A DNA stretch of 64,000 bases, from NCBI RefSeq assembly GCF_006345805.1, contig NC_042997.1, positions 6,510,001 through 6,574,000 of the forward strand, given 5' to 3'. Below, in pieces: positions 1 to 13,382 of this stretch (its first letter is position 1; every line of letters begins with the position of its first letter). Below the pieces are notes generated by a model. That model ran no database searches, was not told the origin of the DNA, and saw only the letters and a list, made by a program, of their open reading frames with translations. This stretch comes from Octopus sinensis. Its lineage: Eukaryota. Made by a program: the position numbers and the translations under genes.

Positions 1-114
1 TATTTTTTTGATAGCATTTTCCCGAAACTTCGAGTTTTATCATGGCTACAGAATAATCGTCACATATTACATCCACCCATTCCGTGCTTGCGCGCGCACG
101 TGTCTGTGCGTGTG

Positions 115-148
<34 letters not shown>

Positions 149-1061
149 TGTTTAAATCCAACCACGGAATAACCAGCTTCTGGTAATACGTATGCCAGTA
201 GAGTTTCATGTGATTCTCTACAAATAGCACACAGAGAATGAAGCTGATACATGATATGTATATCTTCTGGAATATCTTAAAATGTATGTCCTTTTACTCA
301 AGTTAAAATATTATTGCAAAGAGCAGTTAGACTTCAATCCAGAGAGGTGACAGCAGACATCGCTAGCTTCCAGCAAGCCATCGCAGTTCTCCTACAAGGT
401 CCCGCAATTTGCAGCGGTTATTTTATCTGTGCTTTTCTTTTTTAATCAGGTAATGTCTGAATCCAATTCAGCAAATCTATTGTCGCTTAATATTCCGATA
501 ATCAGTGAATCTCTGAGAGTTTGTGCATGTATATGTGTATGTATGCATTAGCATGTGTAAGCACGTATGCATACATGCATATATAAATAAATATACATAT
601 ATATATATCGGGCATTCGTCGTAACAAGACGTACTTTTCATAGCTCCGGTCAAAGTCAGTAGCCAAAGAAGCATATTTCAACTCAAGCCAGCAGAAACTC
701 TCCTTGTTTTTAGTCCCAGAACTTTTGAATTCTACAATTCTACTATTCGACTCTTTTACCACCATCGGAGGATAAATTTATACAAATCTATATAAAACCT
801 GGAGAAAGAAACATAAACCAAAACTAAACCCAAGACTAGTTCTAAAACTAGTCCCGTGAGTACAATTCTTTTTTCTTGATCTGTATTAAACACACCACTC
901 ATCCTGATTTGTACTAAATACACTGAACTCTCCCACACACACTCAGATAAAGCCACGCATTTCCGAATATATTGACACAAACTTTTCAACGGTGTATTCA
1001 CTATTATACATCAAGCCATCAATTTAACTGACGTACTGTGTATAATACTGTCCCACTGGAT

Positions 1062-2303
1062 ATGGCCAATAATATTTAAAAACGCCACAGGGTTGAAAAT
1101 GAAATCCCTGCACTGATAAACGCTTGGTACACTCACCACAACGAAGCTAATGTTTACAGTAAAATAGCTGAAAAATTAGCAAAAGAATCCTTTCACAGAT
1201 CTGTAAAAAAGATCGAAAATAAAATAAAAGAGATTGTAAGAACATTTGCTATTTTCCACACGCACATGGCAACACTAGAATCCATCCTTGTCAATGAATG
1301 TAGTGTACCAAATGACCCAACTCCAACAGGTCAGGGGTCACTTCAATTACCCGATAGCCAGCAACAAACATCTGACCAAATTCCACCCATTGACCCAACA
1401 CTACCTTGGCAAGCCAGGACTCACTATCACAACAACAGCCTGCTTCTGTTACTACATTGGAAGCAACTTGTTTAGCACCAGCATCTGACCCGATTCCACC
1501 CAGCCATACTGTTGCAGGTCAAGTTTCACTGCTGCTACAGCAACAACAACAACACACTGCTACTGCTACTACAATAGGATCACTGACGAAAGAGCCTGCC
1601 AGAATAGAAAAACCACTACCACACCCACATCAAACACCTTGCCGTTACTATTCTCAAGGCAACTGTAGATTTGGCGCCAGCGGCACCAACAAGGGACGCT
1701 GTGCTCTTTTCCATCCTACCTTATGTCGTAGACTTGTTAAGGGCACCTGTCCATATGGTATAACGGGAAAAAACTGCCCTCACATCCACCATCAAATACT
1801 GTCCTAAATACAGATTCCATGGTCCTGATCCCAAATATGGAGGCACAGAAGGCAATGGATTCATCTTCTTCCATCCTAAACTGTGTCAAACGTCTGTGTC
1901 ACTAAGGATGTGCCTGAACACAGAATGCAACGACCACTATCTGAAGGGCACAAAACGATCGCAAAATAAATTTAAACAGTAACAGAGGAGATCTACGACA
2001 ACAACAAAAGCAAAATACAACCACGTTTCCCCTCCTACAATCAAACAGCGAAGACAGAACTATGAAAAAACCATAACTCCAAATAACAAACATGAAATAG
2101 GTATCCTCTGACCAAGTGGCAAACCAAAGAGGTAACTCTTTTTACTGACTTACCTAGAAAATATGAAGGCCGACCTAAGCCAGGAGATCCAACGAGTTAT
2201 CAGCAACCACCTATGCAAATCACAAGGACCACACACCCACTACCAACAAGAAAATCATACACACACAGCTCCATACAAGAACTACCCACATTGGTACCAC
2301 TGA
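1062..2303 (+). pseudogene. LINE ORF1 (disrupted) with tandem CCCH-type zinc fingers and a C-terminal coiled-coil-like segment
   Basis: ATG at 1062 is in frame with ORF 1266..1475. The frames can be stitched across stops and frameshifts to give CRYYSQGNCRFGASGTNKGRCALFH, CRRLVKGTCPYGITGKNCPHIH, CPKYRFHG...GNGFIFFH and CQTSVSLRMCLNTECNDH, then FLLTYLENMKADLSQEIQRVIS, ending at TGA 2301-2303. Confidence 0.7.
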
Positions 2304-2329
2304 ACAACATAAAACATAAATTAGAACAA

Positions 2330-5249
2330 TGTAAACATCAAACATCCCTTACCTCGACATTCCTTTCTTTATCCTTACCGATAATCATCTGAACAACACC
2401 TATATGGAAGCCGAGGTGAAAATAAAATGGCTCACCATTGTTCGTGCGGATCGCACTGACCGAAATAAGCGAGGGACAACCATCTTTATCCATCACTCCT
2501 TTTCACTTGATGCCAAGGACATATTTTCCAATGGCTATTGTGAATCTGTATCACTATTCAGCAAGACCAAGGACATAATCATTGTTGGTCTTTAAAGGCC
2601 TCCCCAAGCACCTCCAAATTGCTTTGAAGAGTGCCTCAGCAAAGTCAAGTCCTTCCTTCGGAAGTGCAACTCCGGAAACATACTAGTGATGGATGATTTT
2701 AATCTCCCTCATGTGAACTGGCCCACAAATACTCTGAAGTTAGGCAAATGCTCTACATCAGATAGAGCAGCAGCAGAACTGCTCTTTAATCTAATGGCTG
2801 AATACTTCCTAACTCAGCTAGTGCTCGAACCAACGAGACAGAATAAAACGATCTTGGATCTGGTATTGACCAATCACTCTAGCTTCGTTCACAGTATTTC
2901 ATTTGAAAAAACTCTCCTCTCAGACCACGACATGGTACTCTGCAATTTTAATTCCCGACGTATAAAAACCAAACCAGCCAATCCCACTATATGGCACTCA
3001 TTTGACAACATAAACTTCCAGAAAGCGGACTGAGGAGCAATCAGAAAGGATCTATCTTTCATCGACTGGTCTTTTACTCTCAATTCCACCCATATTGAGA
3101 TCGCAGGGCAGCACTTTGAAAACATTGTCACCTATACATGCTCTAAACACGCTCCCACGAAGTCTACTAACACAAACAGAAACCGGCTCCCTAAAAAGAA
3201 ACAAAACACTCATCAGTCGCATCAAAAGACTCAACAAAAACATCAACCAATTAAAATATTCCCACACACAACATCCACATTCAACAACAATGAAAAGGCT
3301 AGAGCTGGAAAAACTTCATCTGCAGGCTGACATGAAAACCTCCATTGAAAATCAAAGAGCTGTGGAGGAACAGTGGGTAATCAAAAACATCAAACAGAAC
3401 CCAAAAGTGTTCTATTCTTATGCAAATAAGCATAGAACCACTGTCTCACCCATTGGGCCATTGATTGATGATAACGGCATTCCCCAACACGATGCTAAAG
3501 AAATGGCAGAAATACTGCAGAAAGAATACTGCTCTGTCTTTAATGTTCCCACTGATATTGATATTGACGTAAGAGAAGCGAACGAAGTTGACTCCCAACA
3601 TAAAATCTCAGACATAACCTTCACTGCCACTGACATCATAGCAGCAATAAATGAGGCCAAATACTACTCTGCTGTAGGCCCTGATAGATTCCCCGCTAGT
3701 CTCCTGAAGGAATGTAGACACCAACTTGCAGTCCCTCTGATAAACCTCTGGAGAAATACGTTAGACGCAGGTTATATACCGAAACAGTTTCTATCCCAGT
3801 CTATCATCCCGGTTTTGAAACAAGGAAACAGATCCCTCGCACTCAACTATCGCCCTATCTCACTCACCTCCCACATCATTAAAGTGTTTGAAAGAGTGTT
3901 AAGATCAAGGATAGCTGACTTTCTGGAGACCCACAAACTCCTAAATGCAAATCAGCATGGCTTTTGCTGTGGCAGGGATTGTCTAACACAGCTCTTACAC
4001 CACATTGAAGATGTACTCAAAGCCTTGGGAACATGTTCGAACTCTGATGTCATATATCTTGAGTTCAGTAAAGCGTTCGACAGGGTAGACCATAATATCC
4101 TACTCTCAAAATGTTGGAATTCGTGGAAAAGTTCTACACTGGATAAAGTATTTCCTGGCTAATTGAACACAACATGTTGTAGTTGATGGAGTCCACTCAA
4201 GCCCAGCAAAAACTCACCAGCGGTGTCCCCCAGGGGACAGTTTTGGGTCCGCTACTCTTCATAATTTACATAAATGACCTTTCCAGTGTCGTACATTACT
4301 GCTAAGTGAAAATATTTGCTGATGACAAAAAAGCTCCAGCAAATCGTCAATGAAGAAGCAGACCGAACTCAACTCCAGTCTGATCTATATGCTGTGCGTC
4401 AATGGGCTGACAGAAACAAAATGCAACTGAACGAGGGAAAATTTGAGTTGATGCATTTTGGAAGAAATTCCTCACTAAAACCGCCATACACTCTTCCTTC
4501 AGGGGGACCGCACACAGTCTCTAACAATATCAGAGACCTGGGTGTAATTGTTGATGACGATCTCAGTTGGAGTGCACACATCAACAAGAAGGTCGATATA
4601 GCTCGTAGGATGAGTTCCTGGATCTTAAGTACTTTCCGGTCCAGAGAACAAGATGTCATCATACAACTTTTCTCCTCCTTTGTACGGCCACACTTCGAAT
4701 ACTGCTGCCTACTGTGGTCTCCCCATACAAGACAAAACATCTCGAGGATTGAATCACCCCAGAGGGCACTCACTAAACGAATTGAAGGCATGGCTGCTGT
4801 CGATTATTGGGATCGCCTTAAAGCCTTGGAACTCTACTCTCTCCAGCGTCGCCGTGAGCGGTACATCATTTGCACGATGTGGAGAATACACCCCACACGA
4901 CATTTGCCCACACGACCTGAACATCAGCTTCAAGGTTCATCCAAGACTGGGACAACGGGCCATCCGTCCCCTGCCCAATTCAAGATTACAGCATACACGT
5001 ACACTGGAACATAATTTCTATTCCTCAACAGGCCCTGCCCTATTTAACATTGTCACGAAAGAGATCAAAGACGAAAATGATCCCATCAACTTTAAACGGG
5101 GTCTGGATAGATTTCTTCAAGGAATACCAGATAAGCCACCCATAATTGGTTACAACTCACCCAACAAAAACTCTCTACTTGAATGGACCATAAAAGAAAT
5201 TGACTTAAATAGGATTCAAATAATCCTTTCAGGTGGTGCTATTAATTAA
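2330..5249 (+). pseudogene. LINE ORF2: APE endonuclease plus reverse transcriptase (disrupted)
   Basis: APE motifs: RADR..GTTIFI, RPP, MDDFNLPHVNW, PTRQNKTILDLVLTN, SDHDMV. RT motifs: [71 protein letters not shown]. Split across ORFs 2404, 2686, 3095, 4316 and 4653. Confidence 0.92.
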
Positions 5250-5668
5250 GACATGGCCTGGACCAAACTTTGGCCGAAACATATCTAAGTTTATCTAAGT
5301 CTAAGTTTATATACATATGTATACATATATCTATATGTATGTTTGTCTGTGTGTATGTGTGTGGGGGGGGGTTATGAATATTTGTGCATGGGTGTGTGTG
5401 GGTGTGAAGGCGTGTGACAAAAATAATATTTATTAATTAACTTCTTTCCTCCCTGAAGGAAATTTGCGAGAAATCAGCAATTGACGACAGTTTTACCCAT
5501 ATACATTCCTTTCATTTTAAACAGAAAGAGAAAATAGATTATACATATTTCATTCTTTATTTCGCTAGGGCTTTAATCGATGGTGTTCGATTTCCTTTGT
5601 CAACATGGTAGAACTCACCCGTTAGCACAGTTCCTCATCTTATAATTTCATATATATACAATATGAAA

Positions 5669-5671
<3 letters not shown>

Positions 5672-5761
<90 letters not shown>

Positions 5762-5780
5762 CATACATACATATATATAT
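5672..5780. repeat. (AT)n microsatellite
   Basis: Direct reading of the sequence. Confidence 0.95.
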
Positions 5781-6296
5781 AAAGTATTTGTCCACTGTTT
5801 AAATTAATTTCTAATAGCTCATTAAATTTATCTCGATAATATTAGCAGCACCACGCTTCCATCTGCTAAAAGTTTCAGCTATGGTTTATGATATAAAATA
5901 TATTTTCAGCCGACAGCAATAAATAAAATATCAAGCACCTTAAAAAGTACAACCAATTATCTGGCTTTTATATCGCTGCAGCTGAATTGCGAAAATGTTG
6001 GTACTTTAAGATACATTTATTATTCATATTATTTAGTGGAAAGAAAATATATTTCAAAGTAATACGGAATATACACCATTCTAACTCTCTAATAATATTT
6101 TGTATTTGATATATTGTATAAATGAATATATGACTTTGCAACAAATACTACATATACAAACGTAAAGAAACGCAAAGACGATGTTACAGTCGAACACATA
6201 CACTCTTTCACCTATGCAGTCGGACAAATAAATGCAATGACACAATCACAAGCACCAATAAAATATTATTTGTACATATGTAATATGTGCGTGCGT

Positions 6297-6304
6297 GTAT
6301 ATAT

Positions 6305-6393
<89 letters not shown>
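6297..6393. repeat. (AT)n microsatellite
   Basis: Direct reading; this is the source of the spurious YI-repeat ORFs. Confidence 0.95.
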
Positions 6394-6398
<5 letters not shown>

Positions 6399-6570
6399 TT
6401 TTTTCAGACGATGAATGCATTTCAGACAGAATCTTTTCACATGTCCAGTGCCTTATCACAATCTGCAGGCAATGATCAATTAAAGCTTTCTGTTTATAAT
6501 ATATCATCTCTCACCAGATGGAGTATATTTTTGTCGGTAGACCAGTACACTATATATATATATTTTTTTT

Positions 6571-6610
<40 letters not shown>

Positions 6611-6929
6611 TGTATATGTATAGACTTTCGAACGAATATAAACATACCAACTATATCTCAGAAACCGTACAAAAACAGCTTCAGCATTACTTAAGCATTT
6701 CCATAACACTATAATTGAATTACTGCTCATACAAGCAATTCTAAAAAGAAACTTATTCGCGAAATAGGTCTAAATCAAACAAGTCTACATCTCTTACATC
6801 CTTCAGCACTGGCATTGTAAACACATTGTAAATGCATAATTAATTACGTTGAGGAAAATAATGCATTATATTATGGATTGGGGCATAACGACGTTTCATG
6901 GCGCAAATACAACAAAACCATGACAGCAA

Positions 6930-7240
6930 CCTTAGTATTCTTGTCAATGGTATTGACACTGACTGCATATACATTGATTTTGCTGTAGCTTTTGACAGAC
7001 CTTGACATGGACACATCTTTCATTGCTGAAGATATTGGTATTACTGGGAAACTGTGTACCTGGCTGTTTTATAAGTAAGAAATCAATCTTTTTACATAAA
7101 CATTTCTCTTTCTGCCTCGAAACCTGCAATAAATTTATTACCTGAAGGCAAAATCCTGGGCTATCATTATTCAAAATTGCACCAAGGCGTATATTTTCTC
7201 GGAACTCTCAACAAATCTGATGGTACATGGAAAGGAAACA
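6930..7240 (+). mobile_element. Highly degenerate CR1-type RT fragment
   Basis: Translates to ILVNGIDTDCIYIDFAVAFDRP ... IGITGKLCTWL, matching the CR1 RT motif-A region (DVIYxDFAKAFDRVDH...GIxGKLxxW). Confidence 0.5.
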
Positions 7241-7536
7241 AAAACTCGATAGCTATCAAAATCGCAGATGTTTAATGAGCTGAATTTGACGAATTGCATG
7301 GCTAATATTATGAAAGCCAAAGTATTTTAGTTTCAGTACCCTATATGTAAATTATTTGGAACTGGATAACATTTGAATCTTTGTCGAGCAACACTGACTA
7401 AAAGACCGCCGAGTACAAACATTAAATCTAAATCAGAGAAGAATCAATAGATAATTTGAATTTATGGGTAACATTAAATATGTGTACATGAGCATCCTGT
7501 TCTCAGATTTGATCTCTAAAACATGCGAGATATCTT

Positions 7537-8110
7537 ACTATAATGGACATTTTGCCAGTCCGTCTGTCAGTTTGTCCGTTCGTCTCTCCGTCTGTCTCTG
7601 TCATTCTGTTCCTTCTTCACGGTCAAAATGCTGGACCAATGATCACGATGCTTTTCGGATTTACGAAATGGGTAATTATAATTTTTTTTAGCGAAAAAAA
7701 TGTGGAAAAGTATGATTGCTCAGTGGATATTGATATTTTTTTGTAGGAATTCAAGCGACGGGAATTAACTCTGGATTACTTCCCTTGTCACCGTAAAGTT
7801 CATGAATTTAGAGATTTTAGATTTGCGATACTATCCCTTTATTTCCCATTCTAGAAGGGCAGCTTTAATATATAACTATAATGGGCGTTTTGTCCGCCTG
7901 TCTGTCGGTATCTTTGTCTGGTCCTTCTTCACGGCTAGATAGCTGGACCAATGGTTACGATATTTTTCGGGATTACAAAGACTATCGTTCGGAAGTTTGT
8001 TATCATTAAAAATTCAAAAAATATGATTATTTCGTTGATATCGATATTTGAATTGATAAACCGCATTTTCAATTAAAATTCACCGACCACGAGTAACTCT
8101 GAAGTTTTAT
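7537..8110 (+). repeat. Two diverged tandem copies (period about 338 bp) of a Helitron/Helentron-like 5' module
   Basis: Both units start actataatgg (7537, 7875) and share GTCY/GTCT runs, ccttcttcacgg and gctggaccaatg. The Helitron assignment rests on motif resemblance only. Confidence 0.45.
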
Positions 8111-8564
8111 CGTATAGGTCATTCCCCATCGTAGATACGAAGGGAGTCACGAGGACGGTTTATAGCGAAAATATAATGGTAAAAGTGTGCCTCAGTATAT
8201 TGTGTGTGATTATTTTGTGGTTATTGAAGTGAGTCAGTCCCTAACAGGATTTGAAACGGCTAATCGAAGTGGCTGTAGTTTACATCTCAGGTTTGTCAAT
8301 CAAATAGATTCTATTCTCAAAGTTTCAGTTACACTAAAAGATCCATTTGAATGAACACCACAGGGAATTATTACATTCACACCATCCATTTGTAATAGCA
8401 AAATATCGGAACTTATATCCCATGGACAACCTCTGTACCATTCTACGCAACACATTCTTGGGATAATGAACAGCAAGTATAGCATCAAAAATATATATTT
8501 ATTTTATATTTCCCTTTATATTTCCGATATTTTCCCTTTCCAAAATAAATTCTTATATTCTCTT

Positions 8565-8920
8565 CTACTCTAGGTACAAGGCCTGAAATTTGGGGGAGGA
8601 GGGCCAATCAATTAGATAGATCCCGGTACACAACTGGTACTTAATTTATCGACCTCGGACGAATTTGAACTCAGAACGTATAGACATACGAAATACCTAT
8701 TCCTTTACTACCCACAAGAGGCTAAACACAGACAGGACAAACAAGGACAGACACACGGATTAAGTCGATTACATCAACCCCAGTACTGGTACTTATCGAC
8801 CCCAAAAGGATAAAAGGCAAATTCGACATCGGTGGAATTTGAACCTAGAACGTAACGGCAGACGAAATACCGATAAGCATTTCGCCCTGAGTGCTAACGT
8901 TTTTGCTAATTCGACGCCTT
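8565..8920 (-). mobile_element. tRNA-derived SINE, family B (dimer-like copy)
   Basis: Reverse complement matches 11688-11918 (head ...gcaaaaacgttagcactcagggcgaaatgc..., core ttttatccttttggggtcgataagtaccag). A second partial unit lies at 8565-8700. Confidence 0.75.
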
Positions 8921-9224
8921 AAATAACTTCTTATAGTGTAATACTATATACTTCAATTAAACTCTCTCATATTGTCTCTCATAATGCTTCTTTTTTTATA
9001 TCCCTGAAACAGCTGTAAGTCTACACATCTTTCTATAAAACGTTCTTGAAAATTCACACTGCCTCGGGTTGTTGTCTCATTTTATTTAACCTATACACAC
9101 TCACACATGACCCGTGCTAGACCGTTATTATTTAACTGGTTGTCCAACAGCGATCCCTCCGTAGCACTTACATAACCTCACCTGCCTTGTGGATATTCTG
9201 GATACTAAAACCTCTCATGTATAC

Positions 9225-9235
9225 ATACATATATG

Positions 9236-9325
<90 letters not shown>
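9225..9325. repeat. (AT)n microsatellite
   Basis: Direct reading of the sequence. Confidence 0.95.
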
Positions 9326-9326
<1 letters not shown>

Positions 9327-9611
9327 TCTATGTATGTAAAGTTGTGAAGATATTGATTAAAATAAATGTAGAGGTTACTTAAAAGAAACAAAAAGTATTA
9401 AGTTTACTTAAATATAAATGAATCATAACCCCCGGAAACATAAAATTTCATATGATATTATTTACTAGGATATTTGTATACGTGTTTGTTATCCTTATTA
9501 TCAATGATGGTGCAGATGGACATAAATATAGATGGGCATAGCTCATTGCTCAAAAAGCAAACACCCTAATAAGCACAGTATGTTTGTCTTTTAAACAGAT
9601 TTTACTCAATC

Positions 9612-9669
<58 letters not shown>

Positions 9670-11687
9670 CATATATTTGCTATAAAAATGTTACATTATC
9701 AGAGAATTCAAGTAATGTATTTTCGGCTTCACATTCTGTACCAACGTATATGCATCTTGAAGTTTTCTAAACGAAATCTCACTGAAGCAACTGTGAATAA
9801 ATGTAAAGAAATTCGAGTTTGTTTCTGTATTCTGAGGAAAGTTTTTCAGCCGCTACACACCTATATCTTCTGTACTAAACTTATGATAATTACGCTTACA
9901 TTCCTATTGAGAGTTCACGGATTCTAAAACTGTGATACACGATTTATCGGATCATTTCATCTGCGAAGAATATTACTGATAAAAACTAGATAATGGCTAA
10001 CACTATCTCGGAAGCAGCTGAAAACGCTTATACAAATAAAGATTGATTAGTTGCAATGAATAAGCACTTGTAAATATATATAATAGAACATAAATGAACA
10101 TCGAAACTAATACTAAGTATTATACATCTGTTCGGGTCTGACTACAACACTCAGTGAGGAAATTGCTTGGAAAAAGTACTAACGTAGCGTATACATCAAA
10201 ATTTACTGGCGTCGCCGGTGCAGACGTTTTAGATTACAGTCGAAGTAGACAAAATATTCCGAGTGTAATTTTATGTCTATAGGTAAAAATATTACATCTA
10301 GGAGAAGAGTCACTTCTGTTATCCATGCATTAAGATTTAATGATATATAACAAACTCATACAGACAATTTCACCGAACGTCCGCTCTCTAGACCTCCCGA
10401 ACACACAAATAAAATATTTATTTGCATATATAAATATTAACTGCACATAGTGAGCTCATTCGAATAAGGAACTTCAGAATAATAAAATAATGTATGTACA
10501 CACACACACATGCACACGGATAGACAAACTCATACGCACACACATATTGCCACACACATAGGGAGAGATAGAGAGATAGACATAAAATGAGGTAGATTGA
10601 TAGATAGATACATAGATAGACGTACATGAATATATATACTATGTATATACACACACAAACAGACACACGCACATGCACAAACACACCCACAAACACACAC
10701 ACATATATAAGCGTGTATATATATAAATATTTGCATAGGCGGAGTAGTTATATGTGCGTGTCTGTGTGTCTGTGCTGATGTGAAGAATATTTGGGATAGC
10801 GTATGTACATATGTATGTTTATTTTCGTAATTGGCATTCATTATCTTTCTTCCATGCAGTACAGTCTTTATGTATGTTAATAGTGGATTGAATAACGTTT
10901 AATGTTGAGTGATGCTCCAAACCGTCGTTCAACTCTCCTCTCTTTCTGGTGAAAGAGATTCTAAGCTTTCGTATCATAAATATAGCTGATTCAGTGAGAG
11001 TAAGAACAAGACAATTAAACATAGCGTGAGGGTAATAGCGAAAAAGAGAATGCAGAAAAGTCACAAGTACTCTAATGCCTATAGGTAGTTCTAGACCCAT
11101 TACCAATATTGCCTTTACTTTCATCATTGATATTATTCGATAAACGTCATTTGCTTTGTTGTCATTAATTTTATCAGTGCGATCACTTGTGACTCATGAA
11201 CGCTGCAAGTGAAAAATAACCACGCATGATGTACAAATGAGAAAACAAAACGTAAGCAAAAATTATTGTGAAGTGCTCTATTCAAAACTGTAATGAATTA
11301 AGTAATTCACCACAATTGTACCCCCAGATATATAGCGGCAGGGCGAAAGAAGGAGATAGTGTATGAGATATATTTAATCGTGCAAGCGTTTATTCGAACA
11401 TATTTTCGTATATGCATATAATTACGTATATATATATATATATACATATCTAGGCATATGTGTGTGTGCGTATATGTGTTTATATGCATGCGTTTGTAAA
11501 TGTGATCTTGTGAGTAAGTATTTGCAGCTGCATGTGCATTTGTATGAGTAGAATTACAAAAGCAAGCATATAATACTGTGAACTCCACTCTAAATTTCAT
11601 TCCAATTCTAGATACCTCGACATTTGCGTCTTATTCCGATCTGAAACATTTCATACGTAACTCTTTATATGTAACTCTGACGGTATT

Positions 11688-11918
11688 GGCGAGCTGGCAG
11701 AAACGTTAGCACGCCGGGCGAAATGCGTAGCCGTATTTCGTCTGCCGTTATGTTCTGAGTTCAAATTCCGCCGAGGTCGTCTTTTCCTTTCGTCCTTTCG
11801 AGGTCGATAAATTAAATACCACTTACGCACTGGGGTCGATGTAATTGACTTAAACCGTTTGTCTGTCCTTGTTCGTCCCTTATGTGTGTAGCCCCTTGTG
11901 GGCAACTAAGAAATAGGT
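11688..11918 (+). mobile_element. tRNA-derived SINE, family B
   Basis: A-box-like gagctggcagaa, B-box-like gagttcaaattcc, central cgtcctttcgaggtcgataaattaaatacc; related copies at 8565-8920 and 61095-61233. Confidence 0.8.
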
Positions 11919-12499
11919 ATTCTATTCCAGTGTCTTCAGGTTGTTTTTTCTCCCCTTTCCTTCACACATCGTATACTTATGTGCTTAATTTATTCCGCAG
12001 TATAGTTTTCTTCTTTAATGGCGTGTGAGTTTGTTACATTCATTGAGATTATATTCACCTCATGACAACAGTCAATTGTTCATAATTTTCGTTTTACTTT
12101 TCTCGACTTCACATTAAACGCATTCATTTTATCATTCAACAGTATTTTTTTTCCATTCTATCCTGATATTTATTTCATGCTTTATTTTATCAACAATTCA
12201 TCTTTTTCCTTCGCTAAGTTTATGACTTAATATAACAATACATTTCTCTAACGTCTTACAAGTTAAAATTTATACTGAATTGATTAAATATATTTTAAAC
12301 GCAGAAATAATTCGGAAAGCGGAAATATGAGTGTGGAGGTGCAAAAGAATAACAGTTAATATTAGTCATAATCTTTTAAGAAATTATGTAAAATATGGTT
12401 TCGTAAACGTAAGTCCACTGACACATGAGCCCAAATAAGCACAGACAATTTATCTCATAAACAAACATACATACATTTATATCAATGCATTCAATAATA

Positions 12500-12860
12500 G
12501 GCGCAGGAGTGGCTGTGTTGTAAGTAGCTTGCTAGCCAACCACTTGGTTCCGGGTTCCGTCCCACTGCGTGGCATCTTGGGCAAGTGTCTTCTATAGCAC
12601 CGGGCCGACCAATGCCTTGTGAGTGGATTTGGTAGACAGAGACTGAAAAGAAGCATGTCGTATATATGTATGTGTTTGTGTGTTTGTGCTTGACAACCGA
12701 TGCTGGTGTGTTTACGTCCCCGTCACTTAGCGGTTCGGCAAAATAGACCGATAAGATAAATACTGGGCTTACAAAGAAAACGTCCCGGGGTCGATTTGCT
12801 CGACAAAAGGCGGTGCTCCAGCATGGCCGCAGTCAAATGACTGAAACAAGTAAAAAAAAA
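12500..12860 (+). mobile_element. tRNA-derived SINE, family A (complete, with central TA/TG microsatellite)
   Basis: A-box-like tggctgtgttg and B-box-like gggttccgtccc, then body, central (TA/TG)n, tail ccagcatggccgcagtcaaatgactgaaacaagt and poly(A). Half-copies occur elsewhere in the window. Confidence 0.85.
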
Positions 12861-13382
12861 ATAGTATATATACAAATGTATGTAGGCATGTGCCTACACA
12901 TACACGAATGTGTATAAACATATATGAATACTTATCCATGTATGTATGATACTAATCAAGTACCTTTCTATTATAGTTCGTGCAATATCACCGATTTTTA
13001 ATACCATGTGCAGCCCCTCCTCTGTAAGCTTCAGGGATTTCAAAGCATTAAAGCACATCATACGTGGTAGTGTATTTACAGTTTTAAAGGTGAGATTTCG
13101 GAATAACTCCATATATCATGGGTAGCAATTACAAATCATTTATTTCCTAAAATTACCTGTCTGATGCATGTCTTTCAGTTTAAGTTTACATTGTTGGGTG
13201 TGAGATATCCTCTAACCAAGACAACATTTTTCTTGGAAAATTTGACTTTCTGATTTCCTTTGTCCTCTGTTTTAAACATGTTACAGATGATTACACAGCC
13301 CCACTGTCTTCCAATGAAAACCATTTCACAGTAAATAGTCGTCAGAGTTGTCTTCAGCTCTGGCTCAAAGAGTACAGCAAAT

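Larger units (their letters stand above)
609..5308 (+). mobile_element. Near-full-length CR1-clade (Jockey superfamily) LINE, inactivated by stops and frameshifts
   Basis: Order is 5' UTR, ORF1, APE endonuclease, RT, then a short tandem tail (atctaagtttatctaagtctaagttt, 5283-5308). Flanks form a possible low-complexity TSD: atatacatatatatatat (591-608) vs atatacatatgtatacat (5309-5326), 2 mismatches. Confidence 0.9.

Noticed and set aside
502-1001. Minus-strand ORFs 502..765 and 756..1001
   Set aside because: They are antisense to the CR1 5' UTR, have no recognisable domain, and one runs into a microsatellite.
9060-9500. Repeat-like segments flanking the (AT)n at 9225-9325, possibly PLE-related
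   Set aside because: There is no second copy or diagnostic motif in the window, so I cannot support a call.
10819-11199. Good minus-strand acceptor (ttatttttcacttgcag) followed by ORF 10819..11127
   Set aside because: All three frames stop within about 25 codons of the acceptor. It could only be a tiny terminal exon, and there is no homology.
12500-12575. tRNA-like sequences at SINE heads (also 11688, 13700-13769, 60603)
   Set aside because: A/B boxes are present, but I see no complete cloverleaf and each continues into a SINE body; they are not tRNA genes.
12977-13089. Possible plus-strand exon (tag|...AAG|GTGAGA) overlapping minus ORF 12894..13112
   Set aside because: Both strands are open in the same register and neither peptide is recognisable, so this cannot be distinguished from chance.
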